Shown here: piece by piece, positions 37,132 to 45,937 of the stretch
Layout: every line of letters begins with the position of its first letter
Position numbering within the stretch: position 1 is the first letter of the stretch
DNA from: Myxococcaceae bacterium
Lineage (GTDB): Bacteria; Myxococcota; Myxococcia; Myxococcales; Myxococcaceae
Direction of reading: 5' to 3'
Assembly: GCA_044223505.1 (NCBI GenBank)
Contig: JBGALX010000012.1
Span: forward strand, 218,174 to 279,070
DNA: 60,897 nucleotides
Notes under the pieces: generated by a model
Told to the model about the DNA's origin: nothing
Database searches by the model: none
What the model saw: the letters and a program-made list of their open reading frames with translations, nothing else
Translations under genes and position numbers: made by a program

Positions 37132-38775
37132 GTGGAGCCAAGCGTGAGCTGGGTAGCCCTCGTCGGACCCGAGATCGAAGAGAACCTGTCGCTGCGCTAC
37201 CTCGCGAGCGCGCTGAAGCGGGCGGGCTACGACTGCGAGCTCCTCGCGTACAACGGCGGCCCCGCGCTGCCGGGCATCGTGCAGCGCATCGTCTCGACCG
37301 ACTCGCCGCCGCTGCTCGTCGGCATCTCGATGGCGTTTCAGTGGCGCGCCCCCGACATGCTCGCGCTCGCCGTCGCGCTCAAAGAGGCGGGCTACCGCGG
37401 CCACGTCACCGCGGGCGGCCACTTCGCGACGTTCGCCGCGAAGGACATGCTGAACGACTTCCCCGAGCTCGACTCCATCTGCCGGCAGGAGGCCGAAGAG
37501 ACGCTCGTCGAGCTGTGCCGCACCATCGAGGCGGGCCGCGACTGGTCGGCGCTCGCCGGCCTCGCGGTGCACACGAGCGAGGGCCCGCGCATCAACGCGA
37601 TGCGCTCGGCGCCCGAGCTGTCGGGGCTCGCGTGGCCCGACCGGCGCGGGGCTCCGGCCGAGTGCTTCGGGCACCGCATCGCTCCGTTGGTGTCGACGCG
37701 AGGCTGCTACGCGAACTGCAGCTTCTGCTGCATCGCCGCGTGGCACGAGATGGCGCTGCCCGGGAAGCGGTACCGCGAGCGGCCGCTCGAAGACGTCGCC
37801 GACGAGATGGCGGCCGAGCACTTCGGGCGCGGCATCGAGATCTTCGTCTTCCACGACGACAACTTCTTCCTGCCCTCGGGCGTGAAGAACGCCGAGCGGC
37901 TGAACCGGCTCGCCGACCTGCTCGAGGCGCGCGGCGTGAAGCGCTTCGCGACCGTCGTGAAGGCGAGGCCGACCGACGTGCAGCCGAAGGCCTTCGAGAC
38001 GCTCGTGAAGCGGCTGCACTGCATTCGCTGCTACGTCGGCATCGAGACCGACGCCGACCAGGGGCTGCAGACGCTCAACCGCTGGGCCCGCTCGAAGCAC
38101 AACTGGGAGGCCATGGAGCGCATCGACGCCCTCGACCTCTACACCTGCTTCAACATGCTGCTGTTCGACCCCGACACCACGCTCGAGAGCGTCGAAGACA
38201 ACCTCGACTTCATGGAGGCGCACGCCCACTGCCCGTTCAACTTCGGGCGCACCGAGCTGTACGCGGGCACTCCGCTCTTGCACCGCATGCAGGCCGAGGG
38301 GCGCGCGCGCGGCGACTGGCTGCAGTGGGACTACAGCCTGAAGGACTCGGGCATCGAGCGCGTGTTCCAGATGGCCGCGAGCGCGTTCTACGAGCGCAAC
38401 TTCGCCGTCGATGGCCTCGCGAACACGATGATGTCGACGCGCTTCGACATCGAGGTGGTGAAGCGCTTCCACGCCGAGCAGCTGCGGCCCGAGTGGCCGG
38501 CCGCCGCGAAGGAGCTGTCGAGGAAGCTCGGTCGTGACAGCGTCGCCGGCATGCGCCGGCTGCTCGCGCACGTGCGGGCTCGCGAAGACGGCGACGCCGA
38601 GCTCGCGCAGGAGCTCGCGCTCGGGCTGCGCGAGACCGAGCAGCGGCTGAAGGGTGAGGCCCGCGCGCTCGCGCGCGAGGTGGCCGGCGTGGTCGGAGGA
38701 GCTCCGCTCACGGACGTGGGCGACAAGGTGGCGACGCCGCTGCAGCGCGCGCGCTTCGAGGAGGCACGGTCATGA
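37132..38775 (+). CDS. B12-binding domain radical SAM protein (class B rSAM), 547 aa.
   Basis: N-terminal cobalamin-binding Rossmann pattern (VALVGPEIEENLSLRYLASALKRAGYDCELL) and the radical SAM cluster motif CYANCSFC (CxxxCxxC). Confidence 0.85.
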   Translation: MEPSVSWVALVGPEIEENLSLRYLASALKRAGYDCELLAYNGGPALPGIVQRIVSTDSPPLLVGISMAFQWRAPDMLALAVALKEAGYRGHVTAGGHFATFAAKDMLNDFPELDSICRQEAEETLVELCRTIEAGRDWSALAGLAVHTSEGPRINAMRSAPELSGLAWPDRRGAPAECFGHRIAPLVSTRGCYANCSFCCIAAWHEMALPGKRYRERPLEDVADEMAAEHFGRGIEIFVFHDDNFFLPSGVKNAERLNRLADLLEARGVKRFATVVKARPTDVQPKAFETLVKRLHCIRCYVGIETDADQGLQTLNRWARSKHNWEAMERIDALDLYTCFNMLLFDPDTTLESVEDNLDFMEAHAHCPFNFGRTELYAGTPLLHRMQAEGRARGDWLQWDYSLKDSGIERVFQMAASAFYERNFAVDGLANTMMSTRFDIEVVKRFHAEQLRPEWPAAAKELSRKLGRDSVAGMRRLLAHVRAREDGDAELAQELALGLRETEQRLKGEARALAREVAGVVGGAPLTDVGDKVATPLQRARFEEARS

Positions 38776-39269
38776 GCGACAAGAAGCTGATGAACGAGCA
38801 GCTGCCGGCGCCGCAGAAGAGCGAGCCCGCCGCGAGCGCGCGCGAGCGCGTGCTCTCGCACATGAAGAGCCTCGTGAAGGTCGGGGCGGCGTCGGTGGTG
38901 GTGAGCGCGTGCACTCCGTTCGCGGTGGTCGACCCCCTGCCGCCTCCGGCGCGGTGCAAGACGAACAACGACGTGCTGAGCGAGCTGAGCGCGGTCGCGA
39001 CGCGCGCCGACGGCGGCGCGGTCATCACGCTCGCCATCAACGCGAAGATCGATGAAGAGAGCGGCGTCTTGTTGATCTCGGCACCGATCAACGACGGCGG
39101 CACGTCGATGGACGTCGTGGAGCTGAACGGCAAGCGGCTGGTCGCGAACATCACGTCGTCGGCGCCGACGGTGTTTCTCACCCTGCACCTGACCTGCGAC
39201 GGCGCCAACCGCAACGTGAGCGTGCTCATCGACACCGCGACGCTGAACGTCACGCTCAGCAAGCCGTAG
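38772..39269 (+). CDS. Hypothetical protein (165 aa; alternative start at 38862 would give a 135-aa lipoprotein), start-stop coupled (ATGA) to the B12-rSAM gene.
   Basis: Its ATG overlaps the rSAM TGA. An internal signal-anchor/lipobox-like segment MKSLVKVGAASVVVSACTPF is present. No family recognised. Confidence 0.45.
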   Translation: MSDKKLMNEQLPAPQKSEPAASARERVLSHMKSLVKVGAASVVVSACTPFAVVDPLPPPARCKTNNDVLSELSAVATRADGGAVITLAINAKIDEESGVLLISAPINDGGTSMDVVELNGKRLVANITSSAPTVFLTLHLTCDGANRNVSVLIDTATLNVTLSKP

Positions 39270-39277
39270 CAGGCGGC

Positions 39278-41800
39278 TCAGGCGCGCAGGTGGCGCGCGA
39301 TGCCGAGCGTCGTCTCGAGATCGACGGGCTTCACGAGGTGATGCTGGAACCCCGCGGCGGCGGTGCGAGCCTTGTCCGACGCCTGGCCGTAGCCGGTGAC
39401 GGCGACGAGCACCACGCGCTGGTCGAGCTCGCGCAGCCGCGCCGCGACCTCGTAGCCGTCCATCGCGGGCAGGCCGAGGTCGAGAAACGCGATCTCGGGC
39501 TTGAGCCCCTCGGCGAGGTCGATCGCGTGAGGCCCGTCGTTCGCGACCCTCACGTCGTGCCCATCGGCGCGCAGCCCCTCGGCGAGCAGCTCGGCGGCGT
39601 CGACGTTGTCGTCCACCACCAGCACGCGGCGCCGCTGATCATCGGTGCGCGGCGGCCTCGGCGCCGAAGGCCGCGGCTGCAGCTGCGCTCCGGTCGCGAG
39701 CGGCAGCTCGAGGGTGAACGTCGAGCCCTGCTTCAGCCCCGCGCTCTCGGCCTTCGCCGTGCCCTGGTGCATCTCGGCGAAGCGCTTCACCAGCGCGAGG
39801 CCGAGCCCGAGGCCGCCCGCGCTGCTGCGCTGCTCGGTGGGCGCCTGCGCGAACGCCTCGAACAGCCGCGGCAGCTGCTCGGGCGCGATGCCGTCGCCGT
39901 CGTCTTTCACCGTGAGCACCACGCGGCCGTCGTGCGCCGCCGCGCGGACCTCGACGTGCCCGCCGTCGTCGGTGTAGCGCGCCGCGTTCGTGAGCAGGTT
40001 CGACACGGCCTGCGTGAGCCGGTGCTCGTCGCCGAACAGCACGAGGCCGCGCTCGGGGACGTCGATGAGCAGCTGGTGCCGCTTCTGCTCGAACAGCGGC
40101 GACGCCATCTCGACGGCCTTCGTCACGATGCCGTGCAGCTCGACGCGTGTGCGGTTGAGCTCGATCTTCCCCCGCGCGATGCGCGACACGTCGAGCAGGT
40201 CGTCGACCATGCGCATCAGGTGCTTCACCTGGCGGTAGATGATCTTCCGCTCGCGCAGCAGCGCGGGCTCCTTCTTGCGGTCGAGCACCTCGAGCGCGAT
40301 GACGATCGGCGCGAGCGGGTTGCGCAGCTCGTGCCCCAGCATCGCCAGGAACTCGTCTTTCGTCTGGTTCGCAGCCACCGCCGCCTCCTGCGCGGCCCGC
40401 AGCTCGGCCATGTTCGACTCGGCCGCCTCGCGCAGCTTCCGCTCGGAGTCGAGCAGCAGCGCCCGCTCGAGCGCCTGCGCGCAGTGCCACGCGAGCACCG
40501 AGAGCTGCTCGAGCTCCTGGCCCGAGAGGCGCCGCGGCTCGCTGAAGCTCACGCCCAGCACACCGAGCGGCCCGTCGCGCCCGAGCATCGGCAGCGCGGC
40601 GAGCGCCGAATGGCGAACGTGCTCGGGCGAGACCGTCGGGTACCTCTGAAACAGCTGCTCCCGCGACTCGAGCACCACCGGCTGGCGCGTACGCCAGGCG
40701 TCGGCGGCCGGCGTCGCCGCGTCGGAGCGCATGCGCTGATAGTGCGCCACCGTCGGAGCCGAGTGACCCATCGAGCCACGCACGTCGAGCGACGTGCCGT
40801 CGGGGCTCGGCAGGAAGACGTTCGCGGCCGACGCGCCGACCGCCTCGGCCCCCTCGTGCACCACCGCGCGCAGCACCTCGTCGACGCCGCTCGCCCGGGC
40901 CAGCGCCGCGTTCAGCCGTGCGACCGCCTCGAGGCGCTGCTCGCTCGCGCGCCGCATCGCGTCTGCGACCGACACCGAGCGCGCGAGCATCACGGCCATC
41001 GCCGCGCTCACCACCGTGAGGCAGACGACGAGCAGCGCAGTGCCCGTGGGCGTGTCGACGACTCCGAGCGACTGGAGGCCGAGGCGCAGGTACCCGACCG
41101 CGACGGGCAGGCCGAGCACCATCGGAATCGCGCGGCGCAGCATGTAGCCGCCCGCGTCGCGCCGCGTGAACGCCTGACCGAGGCCGAGCTCGGGGCGCTG
41201 GAAGAGGGCGGCGACTCCGATGGCCGTCGCGAGCATCGCCGTGAGCCCCGCCATGCGAATGTACGAGGTCGGCTGGTAGAGCAGGGTCGCGTCGTAGAGG
41301 TAGCCGACGATGGCGCTGAAGCCGGTCAAGAAGACGCCGATCGAGAAGGCCTGGCTGAGCAGCACGGCGGTGCGACCACGGCGCGAGGCGAAGATCGACA
41401 GGCCCGCCAAGGTCAGCGCGAGCGCGGTGTTCGGCGCCATGCGGTTCGGGTGCAGCACCGCCTCGGCGAGCGCGCTGTGCTCGCGCTGCACGAGCTCGTC
41501 GATGCCGAGGTCGACGGCCGTGGCGTACTCGAGCAGCGTGAGCGCTCCGATGCCCGCAGCCAGCGCGGCGAGCACGTCGGCGAGCCGCGGCACGCGACGG
41601 CCGAGCCGCAGCACGAGCGCCGCCCCGATGAGCGTGAACGCCAGCGCCGTGTTCGCCTTCATGCGGTCGGCGACCACCTCTGCTCCGGTGCCGCCCGAGA
41701 GCCAGCAGCTCAGCACGAAGGTCCCGATGACGGCGCAGAAGACACCGATGACGGCCGCTGCCGTGCGTATGCCTTCGTTCGACTCTTCCGGGGGAGACAT
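39278..41800 (-). CDS. Membrane hybrid sensor histidine kinase / response regulator (multi-TM sensor domain - GAF - HisKA - HATPase_c - REC), 840 aa.
   Basis: About 8 predicted TM helices at the N-terminus, a GAF-like region, H-box HELRNPLAPIV, G-box DDGDGI...GGLGLGL, and a receiver with VLVVDDN...IAFLDLGLPAMDG. Internal ATG at 41800 (MSPPEESNEG). Confidence 0.8.
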   Translation of the reverse strand: MSPPEESNEGIRTAAAVIGVFCAVIGTFVLSCWLSGGTGAEVVADRMKANTALAFTLIGAALVLRLGRRVPRLADVLAALAAGIGALTLLEYATAVDLGIDELVQREHSALAEAVLHPNRMAPNTALALTLAGLSIFASRRGRTAVLLSQAFSIGVFLTGFSAIVGYLYDATLLYQPTSYIRMAGLTAMLATAIGVAALFQRPELGLGQAFTRRDAGGYMLRRAIPMVLGLPVAVGYLRLGLQSLGVVDTPTGTALLVVCLTVVSAAMAVMLARSVSVADAMRRASEQRLEAVARLNAALARASGVDEVLRAVVHEGAEAVGASAANVFLPSPDGTSLDVRGSMGHSAPTVAHYQRMRSDAATPAADAWRTRQPVVLESREQLFQRYPTVSPEHVRHSALAALPMLGRDGPLGVLGVSFSEPRRLSGQELEQLSVLAWHCAQALERALLLDSERKLREAAESNMAELRAAQEAAVAANQTKDEFLAMLGHELRNPLAPIVIALEVLDRKKEPALLRERKIIYRQVKHLMRMVDDLLDVSRIARGKIELNRTRVELHGIVTKAVEMASPLFEQKRHQLLIDVPERGLVLFGDEHRLTQAVSNLLTNAARYTDDGGHVEVRAAAHDGRVVLTVKDDGDGIAPEQLPRLFEAFAQAPTEQRSSAGGLGLGLALVKRFAEMHQGTAKAESAGLKQGSTFTLELPLATGAQLQPRPSAPRPPRTDDQRRRVLVVDDNVDAAELLAEGLRADGHDVRVANDGPHAIDLAEGLKPEIAFLDLGLPAMDGYEVAARLRELDQRVVLVAVTGYGQASDKARTAAAGFQHHLVKPVDLETTLGIARHLRA

Positions 41801-41874
41801 CGTCGGGCTTCGTCCGTACGTAGGGACGCTTGGGCTCCGCACGCAACGGGGCGCGCGGGCGTTACCGGTTGGTA

Positions 41875-42591
41875 ATGGAGGCACCCCGCGCAATGCTCGC
41901 GGCGGGAATGCGCCGGCTCGTGCTCTGCGTGCTGTGGGCGTGCGTCTCGACCGGGCCGCAGCAGGTGACGGTCGCGGCCGGGCCGTGGCGCGCCACGTAC
42001 CGCGACTGGAGCGGCGTCGACGTGTGCGAGACCGAGCCCTCGTGGCTGCGCGAGGAGCTCGACGAGGCGAACGACGTGCTCGAGCGCTTCACGGCGCACG
42101 GCGGCGCGTGGCGCGACGACGAGCTGCCCGTGCTCGAAGAGGCTTCGCGCGCGCTGCCGCCGCTGGTCGAGGCGCACGCCAAGAACCTCGAGGCGCTGCA
42201 GCACTGCCCCGGCGAGCCGCACGCGACGGCGGTCGAGCGCGGGCTCAAGCTCGTGGCCGCGGCGCGCGACGGGCTCGACGGCGCGTCGAAGCTGCTCCGC
42301 TTCTCGAGCCACCGGCGGGGCATCGAGGCGTGGCGCAAGTCACTCGAGACCGAGAGAGACGAGGCGCGCGAGCGCTGCGCCGCCGACGCGGGCGCGCTGC
42401 CTGTCATCTACTTCGCGTTCGGCGACGAGCTCGCCGGCACGACGTGGCTGTTCTGCGATGGCGCCGTCGTGAACGCGCCGCTGACCGGCGGCCTGAGGCT
42501 CGAGGGCGGCGACGCCAGCGTGCAGGCGCGGTACTTCGAGCAGTCGCGCGTGCACCCGCCGGGCCTCGTGAAGCGCCCGCCCGTCAGGTGA
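41875..42591 (+). CDS. Secreted hypothetical protein (about 238 aa).
   Basis: MEAPRAMLAAGMRRLVLCVLWACVSTGPQ is a signal peptide, and there are several conserved-looking Cys. The exact start is uncertain (ATGs at 41875, 41893 and 41908). Confidence 0.45.
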   Translation: MEAPRAMLAAGMRRLVLCVLWACVSTGPQQVTVAAGPWRATYRDWSGVDVCETEPSWLREELDEANDVLERFTAHGGAWRDDELPVLEEASRALPPLVEAHAKNLEALQHCPGEPHATAVERGLKLVAAARDGLDGASKLLRFSSHRRGIEAWRKSLETERDEARERCAADAGALPVIYFAFGDELAGTTWLFCDGAVVNAPLTGGLRLEGGDASVQARYFEQSRVHPPGLVKRPPVR

Positions 42592-43063
42592 TGACGACCG
42601 AGAGGATGACGAGCGCGACCGCGAGAATCGCGAGGCCGAGCACGCCCAGGCGGCGCACGTCGATGGGCAGCCGGCGCACCGGCAGAAACGCCGGCCGCAC
42701 GTCGACCTTCAGGCGGCCGGCGTGCAGCACGAGCGAGTCGCCGCTCTCGAGGAAGAGCTCGAGCCCGTCGGCGGTCTCTCTCGCGCGGCCGCGAGCGGTC
42801 AGCGCGTTGAGCGCCACCGCGTAGTCGCCCTTCAGCGAGGCGCGGCCCGTGAAGCCGCTCGACAGCGAGACCTCGAGGCCCAGCGGCGTCCACTTGAGCT
42901 TCGCGGTGGCGTCGATGCCGAGCTCGACGTCGGCGCCCTCGCCGCGGCCGAGCGTGAGCGACGTGCGCCCCTCGGCGTCGAGCGCCTCGGCGTGCAGGCG
43001 GCGGTCGCCCCAGCGGACCTGAACCATCCACGTGGTGACCGAGGGAGGAACCGCCGCCGCCAT
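42584..43063 (-). CDS. Hypothetical protein with a possible FHA-like N-terminal region and a C-terminal TM anchor (about 159 aa).
   Basis: ...TSLTLGRGEGADVEL... is FHA-like. C-terminal LGVLGLAILAVALVILSVVIT is a TM helix. Start chosen at internal ATG 43063. Confidence 0.4.
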   Translation of the reverse strand: MAAAVPPSVTTWMVQVRWGDRRLHAEALDAEGRTSLTLGRGEGADVELGIDATAKLKWTPLGLEVSLSSGFTGRASLKGDYAVALNALTARGRARETADGLELFLESGDSLVLHAGRLKVDVRPAFLPVRRLPIDVRRLGVLGLAILAVALVILSVVIT

Positions 43064-43224
43064 GGCGCCGCACCATACTCTGCCGCCCGGTCGGGCTGCA
43101 CCGGCCGCAGACAGAGAGCCTGATGCGACGACCGCCGAGCTCGCGGCCCTGAGCGACCGCACGCGAGAGACGACCCGGCCTTCCGTCGCGGTCGCCGAGC
43201 TCGGGGCCGAGAGGGGTTGAGGGT

Positions 43225-43256
43225 ATGTTTAACATTAGGTTGGCTTTGCTAAACAT
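43225..43256. promoter_or_regulatory. AT-rich island containing an inverted repeat ATGTTTA-N18-TAAACAT (and internal near-palindrome ATGTTTAACAT); putative operator/promoter element.
   Basis: It is about 35% GC over 40 nt in an otherwise above-70% GC intergenic region. It lies about 165 nt upstream of the gene starting at 43063 (minus) and downstream of the 7TM gene. Confidence 0.35.
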
Positions 43257-43541
43257 GGGCTCACGGGTCGCCCGGGCCGAGCTCAGGCGCCCGGCGGGGG
43301 GCGCTACCCAGGTCGCGCGCAAGCGACTCCGGCCGTGTGGCCGCCGCAGCCAACGCCGCGAGAGCACGAGCGCGCGCCGCGGCTCGGCTCTTGCGTTCGC
43401 GCCAGCCCATGCGCCTCCTTCTTCTGGCTGCTCTCACCACGCTCTGCGCGTGCGGCACCGTCTGCGACGCCGCGCGCGGGCTGCCAGCTGCAGCCAGCCG
43501 GCCGCATCTCGGCCAGCTGCGCGGCCGCCATCTTCTGACGG

Positions 43542-44324
43542 TCAACGCGCCGGCGCTGCGGCGAGGTGCGCGAAGTTCTCTCGCGCGTGCAGCCAGAACA
43601 TCGCGACGGCGGCGGCCGACGTCACGTGCCAGAGCGCGTGACCCTGCCACGGCGACTCGGGCGCGCAGAGCGGCATGCCGTCGATGGCCGAGAAGTGCCA
43701 CACGACGACCCCGAGCCCGAACACGAGCACTCCGCTGCGGAACCAGCGCTTCGGCAGACGCGGGTCGCGCCGGTGCAGCCAGACCTCGCTGCCCATCACC
43801 GAGACGACGACGACCATGACGAGGTTGCCGGTGAGCGTGGGCGCCACGAGGCCGAGCCCGGCGCCGCCCACCAGGAACGCGAGCCAGAGCGGCACGAGGC
43901 CGCGCTCGCCGAGCCGGCCCATGCGGAAGAGGTTCACCCCGGCGAGCATGCCGACGACCGCGAACATGCTCGTCGCGTCGACCGCGCCGGACCAGGCCGT
44001 GAGCGAGGCGTGGAAGAACATCGAGCCCAGGCCCTGGAACACGAGCGTCAGCGCGAAGACGAGCCCGAGCGCGCGCGGCAGCCGTGCCGCTGCGGGCCGC
44101 CCGGCGTCGCGCGCGACCGCGATCGCCGCCAGCAGCGGAGCCAGGTTCGACCACGTGTTCACCGGCTGCCGCCACAAGCCCTGCGCGGGGGCCTCGCAGT
44201 AACAGAGCACGCTGGTGCAGTCGATCGGCTCGCCCGGCCAGCCGAGCAGCGCGAAGCCCGCGAGCGTGCCAAGGCCGGCGGCGATGGCCGCGAGGGTCCA
44301 CCCGAGGGTCGCACGGCCGCTCAC
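43542..44324 (-). CDS. 7-TM membrane hydrolase of the alkaline-ceramidase-like (CREST) superfamily (260 aa).
   Basis: Seven hydrophobic helices. Conserved His positions in helices (FFHASL, WLHRRD, GHALWHV with HxxxH) fit the ceramidase/PAQR-type metal site. Confidence 0.55.
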   Translation of the reverse strand: MSGRATLGWTLAAIAAGLGTLAGFALLGWPGEPIDCTSVLCYCEAPAQGLWRQPVNTWSNLAPLLAAIAVARDAGRPAAARLPRALGLVFALTLVFQGLGSMFFHASLTAWSGAVDATSMFAVVGMLAGVNLFRMGRLGERGLVPLWLAFLVGGAGLGLVAPTLTGNLVMVVVVSVMGSEVWLHRRDPRLPKRWFRSGVLVFGLGVVVWHFSAIDGMPLCAPESPWQGHALWHVTSAAAVAMFWLHARENFAHLAAAPAR

Positions 44325-44357
44325 GCAGGCCCGATGTAGCGCGGCTCGGTGAGCCGG

Positions 44358-45599
44358 TCAGCGCCCGGCGGTCTTCTTCACCAGCTCCCGCGGCGTCGGA
44401 GGCCTCGGGTCGGGCGCGTCGAACGGCTCCTCGCGGAGCTCGAAGCGGCCGTTGTCGAACGGCAGGCCCGGCGCGGCCTCGCGCAGCACGAGCCGCTCGC
44501 GCAGCCCGCGGGCCTTCAGCGCCCGGGCGCGGTGGTGGCAGTAGGGGTTGTTGCCCGGCCGCCCGAACATCGCGTGCGCGGTGAACGTGCAGCCGCCCAT
44601 GCAGGTCTCTGCGTACGCGCACGTCCGGCAGTAGCCCCAGAGGTCTTCGACGGTGCGGCGCCGCGCGAACGCGAGCTCGGGCGCGTGCTCCCAGAGGTCT
44701 TTCAAGGGGCGCTCGCGCAGGTTGCCTCCGACGTACTCGGCGGTCTGCAGCGACGGGCAGCCCTTCACGGCGCCGTCGGACTCGATGCCCAGCACCTGTC
44801 TTCCCGCGCGGCAGCCGTGGAAGTGCTCGGTGAGGCCGGGAGGCGAGCGGAGCACGGCCTCCTCGGGGCCGAAGTAGCCCAGGTTGTTGCCGGGCACGAT
44901 GAGCAGCCGCGCCTCGGCCCACGCGCGCTTCTTCAGCGCGGCGATGCGAGGCACGAGCTCGACGAGGTCCCACGGCTGCAGCAGCATCGCGGGGCGATCT
45001 GCCGCGCGCCCGAGCGGAGCCGTCAGCTGCACCTGCCACGCCGTGACGCCGAGCTCCTTCAGCACCTCGTAGAGCGGCTCGAGGTCGGCGTGGTTGAGGC
45101 GGTTCAGGTTGATGTTCGAGCCGGTCGCGATGCCGGCGGCCTTCGCGTGCCGCAGCGCCGCCGTCGCCGCGTCGAAGCCGCCGCGCGTCGCCCGCATCAG
45201 GTCGTGCGTGGCCTGCAGCCCGTCGATGCTGACCGACACGGTGTGCAGCCCGGCCTCGGCCATCGCCGCCGCGAGCTCGGGCGTGAGGCCGCGGCCGCCG
45301 GTCGTCATCGAGGGCCGAATGCCGTGGGCCTTCAGCGCGCGAATGACGTCGAGGAAGCCCGGGTGCAGGTAGGCCTCGCCGCCGATGAGCACCACCTCGA
45401 ACGTGCCCATCGCCGCGAGCTGCTCGACGACGCCGAGCGCCTGCTCGGTCGAGAGCTCGACGTCGCGGGCCTCTTGCGCGCGCGAGCCGCAGTGCGTGCA
45501 GCGCTGATCACACGCGAGCGTGAGCTCCCAGACGACGTACAGCGGCGTCGGCGGCTCGCGCACGTCGAAGCGACGCAAGAGGTCGTCGCGGCTCGCCAT
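44358..45599 (-). CDS. Radical SAM / SPASM-domain protein (AslB/PqqE-like peptide-modifying maturase family), 413 aa.
   Basis: Internal ATG at 45599 (MASRDDLLRR...). The rSAM motif is CDQRCTHC (CxxxCxxC). A C-terminal SPASM Cys cluster follows (GCRAG...GCPSL...CRTCAYAETCMGGC...YCHH). Confidence 0.85.
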   Translation of the reverse strand: MASRDDLLRRFDVREPPTPLYVVWELTLACDQRCTHCGSRAQEARDVELSTEQALGVVEQLAAMGTFEVVLIGGEAYLHPGFLDVIRALKAHGIRPSMTTGGRGLTPELAAAMAEAGLHTVSVSIDGLQATHDLMRATRGGFDAATAALRHAKAAGIATGSNINLNRLNHADLEPLYEVLKELGVTAWQVQLTAPLGRAADRPAMLLQPWDLVELVPRIAALKKRAWAEARLLIVPGNNLGYFGPEEAVLRSPPGLTEHFHGCRAGRQVLGIESDGAVKGCPSLQTAEYVGGNLRERPLKDLWEHAPELAFARRRTVEDLWGYCRTCAYAETCMGGCTFTAHAMFGRPGNNPYCHHRARALKARGLRERLVLREAAPGLPFDNGRFELREEPFDAPDPRPPTPRELVKKTAGR

Positions 45600-45604
45600 C
45601 GTGG

Positions 45605-45937
45605 CTACTCGCCGCCGTCGGTCTTGCCGCCGTCGGTGGCGCCGGCCTTGCAGCCCACGGCGTACTCGGGGTCGTTCGCCTTGATGCCGCCGTCGGGCAG
45701 CACGTGGTTGCAGACGTCGGAGCTGCACTCGTCGATGCCGCCGTCGCCGAGCGCCGCGCTCGTGCAGGGCGCTCCGTAGATGGCGACGATGCACGCCTGA
45801 AACGCGCTCGCTCCGAGCAGCCCGAGCGGAGCGAGCCACCAGCCGCGCTTCGAGCTCGGCGACGGTGAGAACGCGCAGTTCGGGCAGCGGTGGTCGGGGT
45901 TGGGGACGAAGCTTCGGCACTCGGGGCAGCGCAGCAT
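45605..45937 (-). CDS. Small membrane-anchored protein (110 aa): N-terminal zinc-ribbon (CPEC...CPNC), one TM helix, and a Cys/Gly/Asp-rich C-terminal tail. Candidate substrate/precursor of the adjacent rSAM/SPASM enzyme.
   Basis: Internal ATG at 45937 (MLRCPECRSFVPNPDHRCPNC...). TM is WWLAPLGLLGASAFQACIVAIYGA. The tail PCTSAALGDGGIDECSSDVCNHVLPDGGIKANDPEYAVGCKAGATDGGKTDGGE has 5 Cys and DGG repeats. The gene ends 5 nt before the rSAM start. Confidence 0.55.
   Translation of the reverse strand: MLRCPECRSFVPNPDHRCPNCAFSPSPSSKRGWWLAPLGLLGASAFQACIVAIYGAPCTSAALGDGGIDECSSDVCNHVLPDGGIKANDPEYAVGCKAGATDGGKTDGGE

Noticed and set aside
39645-41846. ORF 39639..41846 (-) 735 aa and 39290..41875 (+) 861 aa overlapping the GAF hybrid kinase
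   Set aside because: Arg/Ala/Gly-rich alternate or antisense frames. The kinase frame (39278..41800) has TM helices, H-box, G-box and receiver motifs.
43337-43819. ORF 43337..43819 (+) containing an internal lipoprotein-like MRLLLLAALTTLCACG
   Set aside because: After the signal-like segment the frame becomes Arg/Ala-rich and runs antisense through the 7TM hydrolase gene. No stop or domain defines a plausible short lipoprotein. It is left unannotated, though a very short exported peptide is possible.
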